A stretch of 64,000 nucleotides of DNA from Vulcanimicrobiota bacterium (GTDB lineage Bacteria; Vulcanimicrobiota; Vulcanimicrobiia; Vulcanimicrobiales; Vulcanimicrobiaceae). A program made the translations under genes and the position numbers. Positions 40,693-50,331 of this stretch are shown here, piece after piece. Below the pieces are notes generated by a model. That model was not told where the DNA came from. It searched no databases and saw only the letters and a list, made by a program, of their open reading frames with translations. The DNA lies in contig CAVZQC010000001.1 of assembly GCA_963777315.1 (NCBI GenBank), positions 320,001-384,000 on the forward strand. Reading direction: 5' to 3'. Position 1 is the stretch's first letter; every line of letters starts with the position of its first letter.

Positions 40693-42552
40693 ATGGCAAA
40701 AGTGGTCGGAATCGACCTGGGCACGACCAACTCGGTCGTCGCCGTGATGGAGGGCTCTTCGCCCACCGTCATCGCGAACGCGGAAGGCTCGCGCACCACG
40801 CCGTCGGTCGTGGCATTTACGAAAACCGGCGAACGTTTGGTGGGGCAACTGGCCAAACGGCAAGCAATCACCAATCCCGATCGCACGATCTCCTCGATCA
40901 AACGTCATATGGGCGAAGGCGACTATCGCATCAAGATCGACGGCAAAGACTACACGCCGCAAGAGATCTCCGCGATGGTTCTCCAAAAGCTCGTCAACGA
41001 CGCCAGCAATTACTTGGGCGAGCGCGTCACCAAAGCGGTCATCACCACTCCTGCGTACTTCAACGACGCGCAGCGTCAAGCGACCAAAGACGCCGGCAAG
41101 ATTGCCGGTCTGGAAGTTTTGCGCATCATCAACGAGCCGACGGCGGCAGCGCTGGCGTACGGCTTGGACAAAAAAGGCAACGAAACGATTTTGGTATGGG
41201 ATCTGGGCGGCGGCACGTTCGACGTTTCGATCCTCGAAGTCGGCGACGGCGTCTTCGAAGTCAAGTCGACCAACGGCGACACCCATTTGGGCGGCGACGA
41301 CTACGATCACCGCATCGTGGAATGGCTCGTGACGGAGTTCCGCAAAGAGCAAGGCATCGATCTCAGCGGCGACAAGCAAGCCATGCAGCGCCTGACCGAA
41401 GCCGCTGAAAAAGCCAAGATCGAACTCAGTTCGGTCGTTCAGACGAGCATCAACCTGCCGTTCATCACCGCAGATCAGAACGGTCCCAAGCACATGGACT
41501 TCACGTTCACGCGCGCCAAGTTCGAAGAACTCACCAGCGACTTGACGGATCGCTGCGTCCAGCCGTTCAAAAACGCGCTCGCGGATGCCAAGATCGACAT
41601 CTCGAAGATCGACGAAGTCGTCATGGTCGGCGGTTCGACCCGCATGCCCGTCATACAAGAACTGGTTCGCAAGCTCACGGGCAAAGAGCCCAATCTGTCG
41701 GTCAATCCCGACGAAGTCGTCGCGGTGGGAGCTGCGATTCAAGCCGGCGTGCTCGCGGGGGAAGTCCGCGACGTCGTGCTGCTGGACGTAACGCCGCTTT
41801 CGCTGGGTCTGGAAACGTTGGGCGGCGTAATGACCACGCTCATCGAGCGCAACACGACCATTCCTACCAAAAAGTCGCAAGTCTTCACCACCGCCGAAGA
41901 CGGCCAGACGTCCGTCGACATCCACGTGCTCCAGGGCGAGCGGCCGATGGCCGTCGACAACAAGACGATGGGACGCTTTCGGCTCGAAGGCATTCCCGCG
42001 GCGCCGCGCGGCGTACCGCAGATCGAAGTGTCGTTCAACATCGACGCCAACGGCATCGTCAACGTGAGCGCGAAGGACCTGGGCACGGGCAAGGAGCAGG
42101 CGATCACGATTACCGCTTCGACGAATCTGAGCAAAGACGAAGTCGAGCGAATGGTCAAAGACGCAGAGCTTCAGGCGGCTGCCGACAAATCCAAACGCGA
42201 AGAGGCCGAAGTCCGCAATCAAGCCTCCAGCTTGATCTATTCGACCGAGAAGTCGCTCAAGGAGGTCGGCGACAAACTCGATCCCGGTGCGCGTGGTGAA
42301 GTAGAAAGCGCGTTGGCCGAGCTCAAGCAGATCAGCGAAAACGGCACGGTCGGCGAAGTCAAGCCCGCCGTCGAGCGCCTGCAGCAAGCCAGCTACAAGA
42401 TGGCCGAACTGCTCTACCAGAAGACCGCCGCCGGTAGCAACGGCGCGCAAGACGGCGAAGCGGCCGGCGCGCACGCGGAACCGGAAAGCGGCGCGCAGCC
42501 CGGCGAACCGGCCGAAGACGTTATCGACGCCGAATTCAAGGAAGCAAAATAA
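40693..42552 (+). CDS. dnaK: Chaperone DnaK (Hsp70)
   Basis: [50 protein letters not shown] tail. Confidence 0.99.
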   Translation: MAKVVGIDLGTTNSVVAVMEGSSPTVIANAEGSRTTPSVVAFTKTGERLVGQLAKRQAITNPDRTISSIKRHMGEGDYRIKIDGKDYTPQEISAMVLQKLVNDASNYLGERVTKAVITTPAYFNDAQRQATKDAGKIAGLEVLRIINEPTAAALAYGLDKKGNETILVWDLGGGTFDVSILEVGDGVFEVKSTNGDTHLGGDDYDHRIVEWLVTEFRKEQGIDLSGDKQAMQRLTEAAEKAKIELSSVVQTSINLPFITADQNGPKHMDFTFTRAKFEELTSDLTDRCVQPFKNALADAKIDISKIDEVVMVGGSTRMPVIQELVRKLTGKEPNLSVNPDEVVAVGAAIQAGVLAGEVRDVVLLDVTPLSLGLETLGGVMTTLIERNTTIPTKKSQVFTTAEDGQTSVDIHVLQGERPMAVDNKTMGRFRLEGIPAAPRGVPQIEVSFNIDANGIVNVSAKDLGTGKEQAITITASTNLSKDEVERMVKDAELQAAADKSKREEAEVRNQASSLIYSTEKSLKEVGDKLDPGARGEVESALAELKQISENGTVGEVKPAVERLQQASYKMAELLYQKTAAGSNGAQDGEAAGAHAEPESGAQPGEPAEDVIDAEFKEAK

Positions 42553-42654
42553 GCAGCGCCTTTCGGCGCGGCGCTTCGGAGCGTAAAACCCGGTCCAATC
42601 CACCGGCACCGGGTTTTACGCCCAAACCGCTGCCGCCGAAAGCGACCGCTTATT
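42548..42654. repeat. Nested inverted repeat filling the dnaK-grpE spacer
   Basis: AATAAGC/GCTTATT, CTTTCGGCG/CGCCGAAAG, and a perfect 14-bp GCGTAAAACCCGGT/ACCGGGTTTTACGC. Confidence 0.8.
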
Positions 42655-42664
42655 GAAGAGAAAC

Positions 42665-43210
42665 ATGCAAGACGAATACGTAACGCAAGCCGACGTTCCC
42701 GGCGCCGCCGACGACGGTCGCACGCCTTTGGCGCAGGCCGACGATCTCGCCGCGCAACTCGACGCGGCCAACTCTCGGGCGGACGAGAACTACAAAAAGT
42801 TTCTGCTCGCCATGGCCGATTTCGAAAACTACAAGAAACGCATCGAGCGTCAGTTCCGCGACATTGCCGATTCCGGCAGAAGGGAGCTGCTCAAAAGCTT
42901 TTTGCCCGTGCTCGACAATCTGGAGCGCGCGCTCGCATACGAAGATGCCAGCGCCGGCGCTCTTCGCAACGGCGTGCAGCAAACGCTCAAGGGCTTCGAA
43001 GCGGTTTTGGGCATGGAAGGCGTCAAACCGATCTCCGTCAAGGGCACGAAATTCGACCCCAGCCTGGCCGAAGCAATCGGAACGCAGCCGGCGCCGGGCC
43101 TTGAAGACGACACGGTTCTCGAGGAAGCGCAAAAAGGCTACACGTTGGGTGAGGAGCTGCTGCGCCCGGCCAAAGTGATCGTCGTTCAAAATGCGGCAGC
43201 GCAGGTTTAA
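42665..43210 (+). CDS. grpE: Nucleotide exchange factor GrpE
   Basis: ADFENYKKR, LPVLDNLERAL, FDPSLAEA, KGYTLGEELLRPAKV. Confidence 0.96.
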   Translation: MQDEYVTQADVPGAADDGRTPLAQADDLAAQLDAANSRADENYKKFLLAMADFENYKKRIERQFRDIADSGRRELLKSFLPVLDNLERALAYEDASAGALRNGVQQTLKGFEAVLGMEGVKPISVKGTKFDPSLAEAIGTQPAPGLEDDTVLEEAQKGYTLGEELLRPAKVIVVQNAAAQV

Positions 43211-43234
43211 AACGCTGCGCCCACGGGCTGCTGC

Positions 43235-44252
43235 ATGAACTACAAGGATTACTATCAGCTTCTGGGCGTTCCTAAGAATGCGCCCGAGAAAGACATAAAG
43301 TCCGCATACCGCAAGCTCGCGCGCAAATGGCATCCCGATGCCAATCCCAACAATCAACGAGAATCGGAAGAGCGGTTCAAGGAGATCCAAGAAGCGTACG
43401 AAGTTTTGGGCGATCCCGAGAAGCGCCGCAAATACGATATGCTGGGCAGCGACTGGCAGCAAGCCGCGCGCCAGGCCGAACAGCAGCGCCGCTACCGCAA
43501 CCAGCAAAGCGAAACGTTCAACTTCAACTTCAACGACCTGGGAGGCGCGGCCGGCGCCGGCGGCCCCAGCGGGTTTTCCGACTTCTTCGACATGTTTTTC
43601 TCGGGAATAGGACGGCGCAACACGGCGCAAACCACCGGGTTTGCGCAGCGCGGCCAGGATTTGGAGACGACGATCGAGCTTTCGCTGCGCGATGCGTACG
43701 ACGGCGGAAAGAAATCGGTATCGCTGCAGCTCGAAGACGTCTGCCCGCGCTGCGCCGGCACCGGAACGGATCGCGGCAGCCTGTGCGTGCAGTGCCACGG
43801 AACCGGACGCCTTCTTTCCACCAAAAAGTTTGAAGTAACGATCCCTAAAGGCATCGCCGAAGGCCAGCGCATTCGCCTTGCAGGCCAGGGCGGCGCGGGC
43901 GTCGCCGGCGGTCCGAACGGCGATTTGTTCTTGATCGTCAAACTGCTCGACGACCCGACCTATAAACGCAAGGGCGACGATTTGTACGTCGACATGCCCA
44001 TCAGCATGTACGACCTGGTGCTGGGAGGCGAAGTCAAAGTCCCCACCATGGGCGGACAAGTCACGATGATGATTCCGGCCGGCACGCAAAACAACCGGCT
44101 GTTGCGGCTGGCCGGCAAAGGCATGCCGAAAGTGCGCAACGGCGGCATGGGCGATCAGTACGTGCGCATCATCGGCCAGCTGCCCACCGATCTGAACGAC
44201 AAGGAAAAAGCTCTTCAAAGAGCTCGCTTCCATTCGCAACGGCAAAAAATAA
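43235..44252 (+). CDS. dnaJ: DnaJ family chaperone; frameshift at about 44209 creates an apparent fusion to the next gene
   Basis: J domain with HPD, G/F region, CPRCAGTG and CVQCHGTG, C-terminal domain. Corrected end LFKELASIRNGKK* (TAA 44250-44252). Confidence 0.9.
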
Positions 44253-44269
44253 CCGAAAAGAGGTACGAC

Positions 44270-44632
44270 ATGGTAAAAGACATTGCATTCACGGCGTACT
44301 CTGCGCAGGACGTTGCGGCGCTGCGCAAGTTCTACGCCGACGTGCTGGGGCTCGAGTTCTCCGGGCCGTACGTCGAAGAAGACGTCCTCAAGTACGACGA
44401 GGCAAAAGTGGGCAGCGGCTGGTTCTCGGTCATGACTACGCAGTGGCTCGAGACCGCGCCCTGCGGCGGGGTCGCGTTCGAAGTCGACGACATCGAGAAA
44501 ATCTGCTCGGACCTGCGATCCAAAGGCATCGAAGCCGGTGAAATTTACGACACCCCGGTGTGCAGGCTGACCTCGTTCGACGATCCCGAGGGCAACAAGG
44601 TCACGCTGCATCAAACGACCGTTCCTCACTAG
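44270..44632 (+). CDS. VOC family protein
   Basis: Own AAGAGGT RBS; MVKDIAFTAY...FYADVLGL...VAFEVDD...DPEGNKVTLHQ. Confidence 0.88.
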   Translation: MVKDIAFTAYSAQDVAALRKFYADVLGLEFSGPYVEEDVLKYDEAKVGSGWFSVMTTQWLETAPCGGVAFEVDDIEKICSDLRSKGIEAGEIYDTPVCRLTSFDDPEGNKVTLHQTTVPH

Positions 44633-44656
44633 CCTGTTCCGGACCACGATACAATC

Positions 44657-46480
44657 ATGATTGGCGGCCACGGGCTCATGTGGTCCAACATGTACCGGCC
44701 CGACAAGCCGCAGGTTCACAAGCGCGTCGATTGGAGCAGAATCGGCGCGCTGTTTGCTCCGTACTGGAAACAGCAGAGCATCGTGCTGGCGTGCATCGTG
44801 CTCGCCGCGGTCATCGGGCTGGCGCCGGCGTACCTCATTGCCCACGTCATCGATCGGGCAATTCCGCATCACAGCTTCCGCGAACTCGCGCTCGACGTGG
44901 GCGGCATGCTGGCAGCCGCGGTGCTCACGATGTTTTTGAGCGTCTTGCAAGGCTATCTGAATTCGATCGTCGGCGAAGGCATCATGCGGGACATGCGGAC
45001 GAGTCTGGTTTCGCATTTGCACAAGATGCCGCTGGGGTTCTTCACCGGCACGAAAACCGGCGAAATCATGAACCGCGTTTCCAACGACGTCGACAACATC
45101 GACAACGTGGTCACCGGAACGCTCACGTCGATTCTCACGAACATCGTGACGATCGGCACGACGGCAGTATGGATGTTCGTTTGGAACTGGCGCTTGGCGC
45201 TGCTTTCGATTGCGATCGTTCCGCTGATGGTGCTGCCGCTCGCGCCGGTGGGCCGGCGCATGTACGAGATTCGCCGCAAGACGCGCGAGAAGCGCGACGA
45301 GATCGAGTCGATCACGCAGGAGACGCTTTCGATCTCGGGCATCACGCTCATCAAGTCGTTCGCCCGCGAAGCCTACGAAAAGGCGCGCTTCTACCGTGCC
45401 GGCACGCAGCTCATGGATTTGGAAGTGAACCTGGCGATGGTCGGGCGCTGGTTCATTGCGGCGATCACCGCAATGGTCATCATCGGACCCGCGATCGTTT
45501 GGCTGGGCGGCGGCTGGCTCGCCTTGAGCGGCTCGATTGCGGTCGGCGTCGTGGTGGCGTTCGTTACCTACATACAAAGCCGGCTGTACGGACCGGCGGC
45601 TTCTCTTGCCGGCATTCAGGTCCAGATCGTCAGCGCGCTGGCCGTGTTCGAACGCATCTTCGACTATTTGGACATGACCACCGAACAGTACGATCCGCCC
45701 GCAGCGGCAGCGCTGCCTGCAGTCGCCGGCGACATCCGTTTCGAAGACGTCACGTTCGCGTACGCTAGCGATCGCCGCGTGCTCGACGGCGTGAGTCTGC
45801 ACGTGGAACCGGGACAGGTTGCCGCGTTCGTGGGGCCGTCGGGAGCGGGCAAGACGACGATCACCCAGCTCGTGCCGCGCTTTTACGATCCGCAAAGCGG
45901 CAGCATATCGATCGACGGACACGACGTGCGCACGCTCACGCTGGAATCGCTGCGGCGCGACATCGGCATCGTGACGCAGGAAACGTACTTGTTTCACGAT
46001 ACGATCGCCGGCAATTTGCGCTACGCTGCCCCGCAGGCGACCGACGAACAGCTGCATGCCGCCGCGCGGGCGGCGAACATTCACGACTTCATCGCGTCGC
46101 TCCCCGCGGGTTACGATACGGTCGTCGGCGAGCGCGGCCACAAGCTCTCGGGCGGCGAACGCCAGCGGCTGGCAATCGCGCGCGTCCTGCTCAAGAATCC
46201 CAAGATACTCATCCTCGACGAAGCCACCAGTTCGCTGGATTCGCACAACGAAGCCGCCATTCAGGCTGCGCTCGTGCCGCTCATGCGCGGCAGAACGAGC
46301 CTGGTGATCGCGCACCGGCTCTCCACCGTTCTCTCCGCCGACGTCATCTTCGTCATCGAAGGCGGCCGCGTCGTCGAGCGCGGGACCCACGCGCAGTTGC
46401 TCGCGCGCGGCGGCCCGTACGCGCGGTTGTATCATAAGCAATTTCGCGACGAAACCCGCGCCGTTGCGGCCTGGCCGTAA
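44657..46480 (+). CDS. ABC exporter, fused permease/ATPase (MsbA/MdlB-like)
   Basis: 6 TMs, GPSGAGKT, LSGGERQRLAIAR, LDEATSSLD, IAHRLST. Confidence 0.95.
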   Translation: MIGGHGLMWSNMYRPDKPQVHKRVDWSRIGALFAPYWKQQSIVLACIVLAAVIGLAPAYLIAHVIDRAIPHHSFRELALDVGGMLAAAVLTMFLSVLQGYLNSIVGEGIMRDMRTSLVSHLHKMPLGFFTGTKTGEIMNRVSNDVDNIDNVVTGTLTSILTNIVTIGTTAVWMFVWNWRLALLSIAIVPLMVLPLAPVGRRMYEIRRKTREKRDEIESITQETLSISGITLIKSFAREAYEKARFYRAGTQLMDLEVNLAMVGRWFIAAITAMVIIGPAIVWLGGGWLALSGSIAVGVVVAFVTYIQSRLYGPAASLAGIQVQIVSALAVFERIFDYLDMTTEQYDPPAAAALPAVAGDIRFEDVTFAYASDRRVLDGVSLHVEPGQVAAFVGPSGAGKTTITQLVPRFYDPQSGSISIDGHDVRTLTLESLRRDIGIVTQETYLFHDTIAGNLRYAAPQATDEQLHAAARAANIHDFIASLPAGYDTVVGERGHKLSGGERQRLAIARVLLKNPKILILDEATSSLDSHNEAAIQAALVPLMRGRTSLVIAHRLSTVLSADVIFVIEGGRVVERGTHAQLLARGGPYARLYHKQFRDETRAVAAWP

Positions 46481-46500
46481 GCGCGCTCGCGCATCGTCAA

Positions 46501-47205
46501 GTGCTGCAGATTTCCGGTTTGGTCAAGCGGTACGGCAAACAGACCGCGGTGGACGGCGTCTCGTTCCAGGTTGCCCGAGGAGAAATCGTCGGACTGCTGG
46601 GCCCCAACGGCGCGGGCAAAAGCACGACCTTGCTGTGCGCCGCGGGTTTGGTCCGTCCGGACGCCGGAACGTTTACGTGGAACGGTGCGCAGCTGCCGTC
46701 GGCGCGCGGCCAAACGATCGCGCTCATTCCCGAAACGCCCGACGTCTACCCGATGCTCACCGTTTGGGAGCACATGGTGTTCGTCGCGAAGAGCTGCCGT
46801 TTGGGCGCAGGCTGGGAGGAGCGCGCGCGTTCGCTGCTGGACCGGTTCATGATGTCCGGGCAACGCGACACGCTCGGCGCCGCGCTTTCAAAAGGCATGC
46901 GGCAAAAAACGCTGGTCGCCGCCACGGTTCTTGCCGGTACGCCGGTCATTCTGCTGGACGAGCCGATGGTCGGCCTCGATCCGCTCGGACAGCGCGAACT
47001 GCGCGAAATCGTCGCGGGCATGCGCGCCGGCGGCACCGCCATCGTTATCAGTACGCACATGCTCGAACAGGCGCAAGCGGCGTGCGATCGCGTCGTCATC
47101 CTCAAGAACGGCCGAACCGTTGCAAGCGGCACGTTCCAAGAATTGCAGGCGCGCTCGGGTACGAACGCCAGCGCCGAAGACTTGTTCCTCGAACTGACGC
47201 AATAG
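46501..47205 (+). CDS. ABC transporter ATP-binding protein
   Basis: GPNGAGKST, LSKGMRQK, LDEPMVGLDP, STH. Confidence 0.95.
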   Translation: MLQISGLVKRYGKQTAVDGVSFQVARGEIVGLLGPNGAGKSTTLLCAAGLVRPDAGTFTWNGAQLPSARGQTIALIPETPDVYPMLTVWEHMVFVAKSCRLGAGWEERARSLLDRFMMSGQRDTLGAALSKGMRQKTLVAATVLAGTPVILLDEPMVGLDPLGQRELREIVAGMRAGGTAIVISTHMLEQAQAACDRVVILKNGRTVASGTFQELQARSGTNASAEDLFLELTQ

Positions 47206-47210
47206 CGCGT

Positions 47211-48791
47211 ATGATCCACGATCTGCGCGCTCTGTCCTATTTGGAGTTCAGGCAAATCGTCAACCGCGTTCGAGTGACGCTGCGTTCGCCCGGACGCCTG
47301 CTGGTGTACGTGATCGCGATCGCGTATTTCTGCGCCGTTGCCGTCTCACGTGCTCACCGCCGACCTCAAACCGCGATGAGCGCCTTTCCGGAACCGTATG
47401 CCGCCGCAGCCATGTTCGCCTACGTTACGCTGCTCGGGGTGATGGCGTACGGCGCCGCGTCGGGCATCGTGCGCGCGTTTTCATCGCCGGCCGACGCGCG
47501 CTTTCTGACCGGCTCATCCATTTCCGAGCGCACCGTCGCCATATGGCTGCAACTGCGGCGCTGCGCGATGAGCATGGCCAGGATGCTGTTCACCGTACTG
47601 CTGTACGCGCTGCTGTTTTCGCGCAGGGGGAGCACCATCGGTATCGCGCTGGCAACCTTGGGCGGAACGGCGATCGCTGCAGGCCTGGCTGTTCCGTTTC
47701 TGAAGTTTCGCTCGGTAGCGGGCTCTGCGACGGCACAAGGTTTAGCCGGTGCGATAACGGTCATCGGAGTTTGCCCCACGTTGATACTGCTGGCAAGTCT
47801 GCTTGCACCCAGCCCGTTTGCGCAGGGTATCGAACGGCTTGGCGCAGGCACGGCGATCGATCAGCTGCTGAACGCAAACGCCGCGGCACTGGCCGCGCTG
47901 TACGCCTTCGGCGTGGTAATCGTGGCGGGCGCGTACGCGTGCGGCGCAGGACTCTATCCCGATCTCTATGCAGCCTCGCTGCGGGTGCTTGCATTTCGTG
48001 AAAAGCAAAAGCGCGGCCCGGGCGCCGCGCTGGTCATGGCGCATTCGTACGAGCGCCCACGCAATGCCGGTGCGTCCGCCGGATATGCCGACGCATTGCG
48101 CGGCCCTTGGACCATTGTCTGGAAGGAATGGGTGGCATTCCTGCGATCGCCCTCGATGCAGCGGACGTTCTATTTGGGCGCCGCGGTTTGCGTTGCGATC
48201 GGAGCGATTTTCGGAACGATCGCCGCGGCTTCGCGCCATCCGCTGATGGAGAGCGTCACGTTCGCAGCCGTCGCAACCAACATGATTGTCGTATTTGCCG
48301 CGATGAGCTCGGCGATCGGGCTCGAAGGCGATCTGCGCAAGCCCCTATGGTGGATCGGACCCGATCCGTTGTGGACGCGGCTGCTGGCATGGGTGGTGGG
48401 CACGTCGTGGCGCTTGGCGGCATGCATCTGCGCGAGCATCGTTGGTTGGTCCGTCGCCGCGCGCAGCCCGCTAATTGCGGCCTGCGGTATCCCGCTCGGG
48501 ATCGCCGCAGTGCTGTACCTGCGCGCCGTCGGACTCGCGCTATACGCGCTGTTCCCGTCCACAATCGATCAGCGCGGTCCGCTGGCGATGATGCGCGCCC
48601 TGCTCACGTACATCATGGCCGCGCCTCCCGCCATCGCGGGCATCGTTACGCTCGTGTTTGTGCGCCAACCGCTGGCGGCCACGGCAGCGGCCGTTGCGGT
48701 CAGCTTGAGCGAAACGCTGCTGCTGGTCGCCTTCGCCGCCATGCGAATCGCGGGCAGCGGCGTGACGTTCGCTCAAGCCGAAGCGATGTGA
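47211..48791 (+). CDS. Putative ABC exporter permease (about 12 TM)
   Basis: Highly hydrophobic; FSSPADARFL and IVWKEW motifs; directly follows the ATPase. Confidence 0.8.
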   Translation: MIHDLRALSYLEFRQIVNRVRVTLRSPGRLLVYVIAIAYFCAVAVSRAHRRPQTAMSAFPEPYAAAAMFAYVTLLGVMAYGAASGIVRAFSSPADARFLTGSSISERTVAIWLQLRRCAMSMARMLFTVLLYALLFSRRGSTIGIALATLGGTAIAAGLAVPFLKFRSVAGSATAQGLAGAITVIGVCPTLILLASLLAPSPFAQGIERLGAGTAIDQLLNANAAALAALYAFGVVIVAGAYACGAGLYPDLYAASLRVLAFREKQKRGPGAALVMAHSYERPRNAGASAGYADALRGPWTIVWKEWVAFLRSPSMQRTFYLGAAVCVAIGAIFGTIAAASRHPLMESVTFAAVATNMIVVFAAMSSAIGLEGDLRKPLWWIGPDPLWTRLLAWVVGTSWRLAACICASIVGWSVAARSPLIAACGIPLGIAAVLYLRAVGLALYALFPSTIDQRGPLAMMRALLTYIMAAPPAIAGIVTLVFVRQPLAATAAAVAVSLSETLLLVAFAAMRIAGSGVTFAQAEAM

Positions 48792-48793
48792 AA

Positions 48794-49462
48794 TTACTGC
48801 GCGTACGCAATCTGCATGGTGCGCGGCTGCTCGGGCGTGAGCAGCGCCGCACCGGTTGCGGCACGCACTTCGTCGACGCTCACTCCGGGCGCGACTTCGC
48901 GCAGCACTAAGCCTTGCGGCGTGACGTCGATCGCCGCCATGTCGGTGACGATGCGGTCGACGACGCGCCTGCCGGTCAGCGGTAAATCGCACTGCTCGAC
49001 GATCTTGTGCGCGCCGCCTTTGGCAACGTGCTCCATCATCACGATCAAGTACTTGGCACCGTGCACCAGATCCATCGCGCCGCCCATGCCCTTGACCATT
49101 TTTCCCGGGATCATCCAATTGGCCAGGTCGCCGTCTTTGGAAACTTGCATCGCGCCGAGCACTGCGAGATCGATGTGACCTCCGCGAATCATGCCGAATG
49201 AAAGCGACGAATCGAAAAACGCCGCGCCCGGCAGCACGGTCACCGTTTCTTTGCCGGCATTGATCAGGTCCGGATCCTCCTGCCCCTCGTACGGATACGG
49301 ACCCATCCCCAAGATTCCGTTCTCGCTTTGCAGCACCACGGTCACTCCGTGCGGGACGTAATTGGGAATGAGCGTGGGCAGTCCGATGCCAAGGTTGATG
49401 TATTCGCCGTCGCGCAATTCGCTCGCGACGCGGGCAGCCAATTGGGCGCGGGTCAGTGCCAT
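48794..49462 (-). CDS. scoB: 3-oxoacid CoA-transferase subunit B
   Basis: [13 protein letters not shown] (catalytic Glu), [14 protein letters not shown]. Confidence 0.93.
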   Translation of the reverse strand: MALTRAQLAARVASELRDGEYINLGIGLPTLIPNYVPHGVTVVLQSENGILGMGPYPYEGQEDPDLINAGKETVTVLPGAAFFDSSLSFGMIRGGHIDLAVLGAMQVSKDGDLANWMIPGKMVKGMGGAMDLVHGAKYLIVMMEHVAKGGAHKIVEQCDLPLTGRRVVDRIVTDMAAIDVTPQGLVLREVAPGVSVDEVRAATGAALLTPEQPRTMQIAYAQ

Positions 49463-50239
49463 TTACCGTCCTCCTGCCGCATCTTGACGCTCGCGCGAGC
49501 GAACCGTGACCCGTTCGATGCGTTTGCCTTCCGCTCCGACTTGCACCACGCGCTGCACGAAAATGCCCGGCAGATGCACGTGTTCGGGATCGATTTCTCC
49601 GGGCCCGACGAGCACTTCCACTTCCGCAATCGTTATTTTGCCGGCCATGGCGCACAGCGGGTTGAAGTTGCGCGTGGCTTTGTGAAAAACCAGGTTGCCG
49701 TGCCGGTCTCCCACGCTGGCGCGCACCAGAGCGAAGTCGCAGACGATGCCTTCTTCCAGCACGTATTCGCGGCCGCCGAACGTGCGCGTTTCTTTTTTCG
49801 GCGAAGCTTTTGCAATCGAGCCGTCCGGTGCATACTTCCACGGCAAACCGCCCTGCGCGACCTGCGTTCCCACACCCGCGGGCGTGTAAAATGCCGGGAT
49901 GCCGCAGCCCCCCGCGCGCAGACGCTCGGCCAGCGTACCTTGGGGAACCAATTCGACTTCGAGCAGTCCTTGCAGATATTGCCGTTCGAACTCGCGGTTT
50001 TCGCCGACGTACGAGCTCGTCGTGCGCTTGATGCGGCCCGCGTCGAGCAGCACCCCAAGGCCCCAGCCGTCCACGCCGCAATTGTTGGACACCGTCACCA
50101 GATCGGTCGCGCCCTGTTCGAGCAGCGCGGAGATGAGATTGTGCGGAATGCCGTTGAGGCCGAAACCGCCCACCGCAATGGACGCGCCGCCGGCAATGTC
50201 TTGCACCGCCAGGGCGCACGAAGAAACGACTTTGTCCAT
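49463..50239 (-). CDS. scoA: 3-oxoacid CoA-transferase subunit A
   Basis: VGGFGLNGIP, SYVGEN, PQGTLAERLRAGG, RNFNP, VHLPGIFV. Confidence 0.93.
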   Translation of the reverse strand: MDKVVSSCALAVQDIAGGASIAVGGFGLNGIPHNLISALLEQGATDLVTVSNNCGVDGWGLGVLLDAGRIKRTTSSYVGENREFERQYLQGLLEVELVPQGTLAERLRAGGCGIPAFYTPAGVGTQVAQGGLPWKYAPDGSIAKASPKKETRTFGGREYVLEEGIVCDFALVRASVGDRHGNLVFHKATRNFNPLCAMAGKITIAEVEVLVGPGEIDPEHVHLPGIFVQRVVQVGAEGKRIERVTVRSRERQDAAGGR

Positions 50240-50331
50240 ACCAGCGAGGATATGCTATGGGCGGCACGCGGGGTCCCGCCCCACGCTCCTCGAAGTTTTT
50301 GTGCCCAAGCACGCCATAGGAGCCGCAAAGA

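Noticed and set aside
43235..44632. Apparent novel DnaJ-VOC fusion protein (465 aa in the ORF track)
   Set aside because: A frame change at the A-run/AGCT near 44209 restores a normal DnaJ end with TAA at 44252, and the VOC gene has its own RBS and ATG at 44270.
42650..46441. 1263-aa minus-strand ORF, and similar long ORFs at 40633..42609, 10603..13059 and 9615..10781
   Set aside because: These are antisense shadows of well-supported genes, expected with high GC3 codon bias. They carry no motifs.
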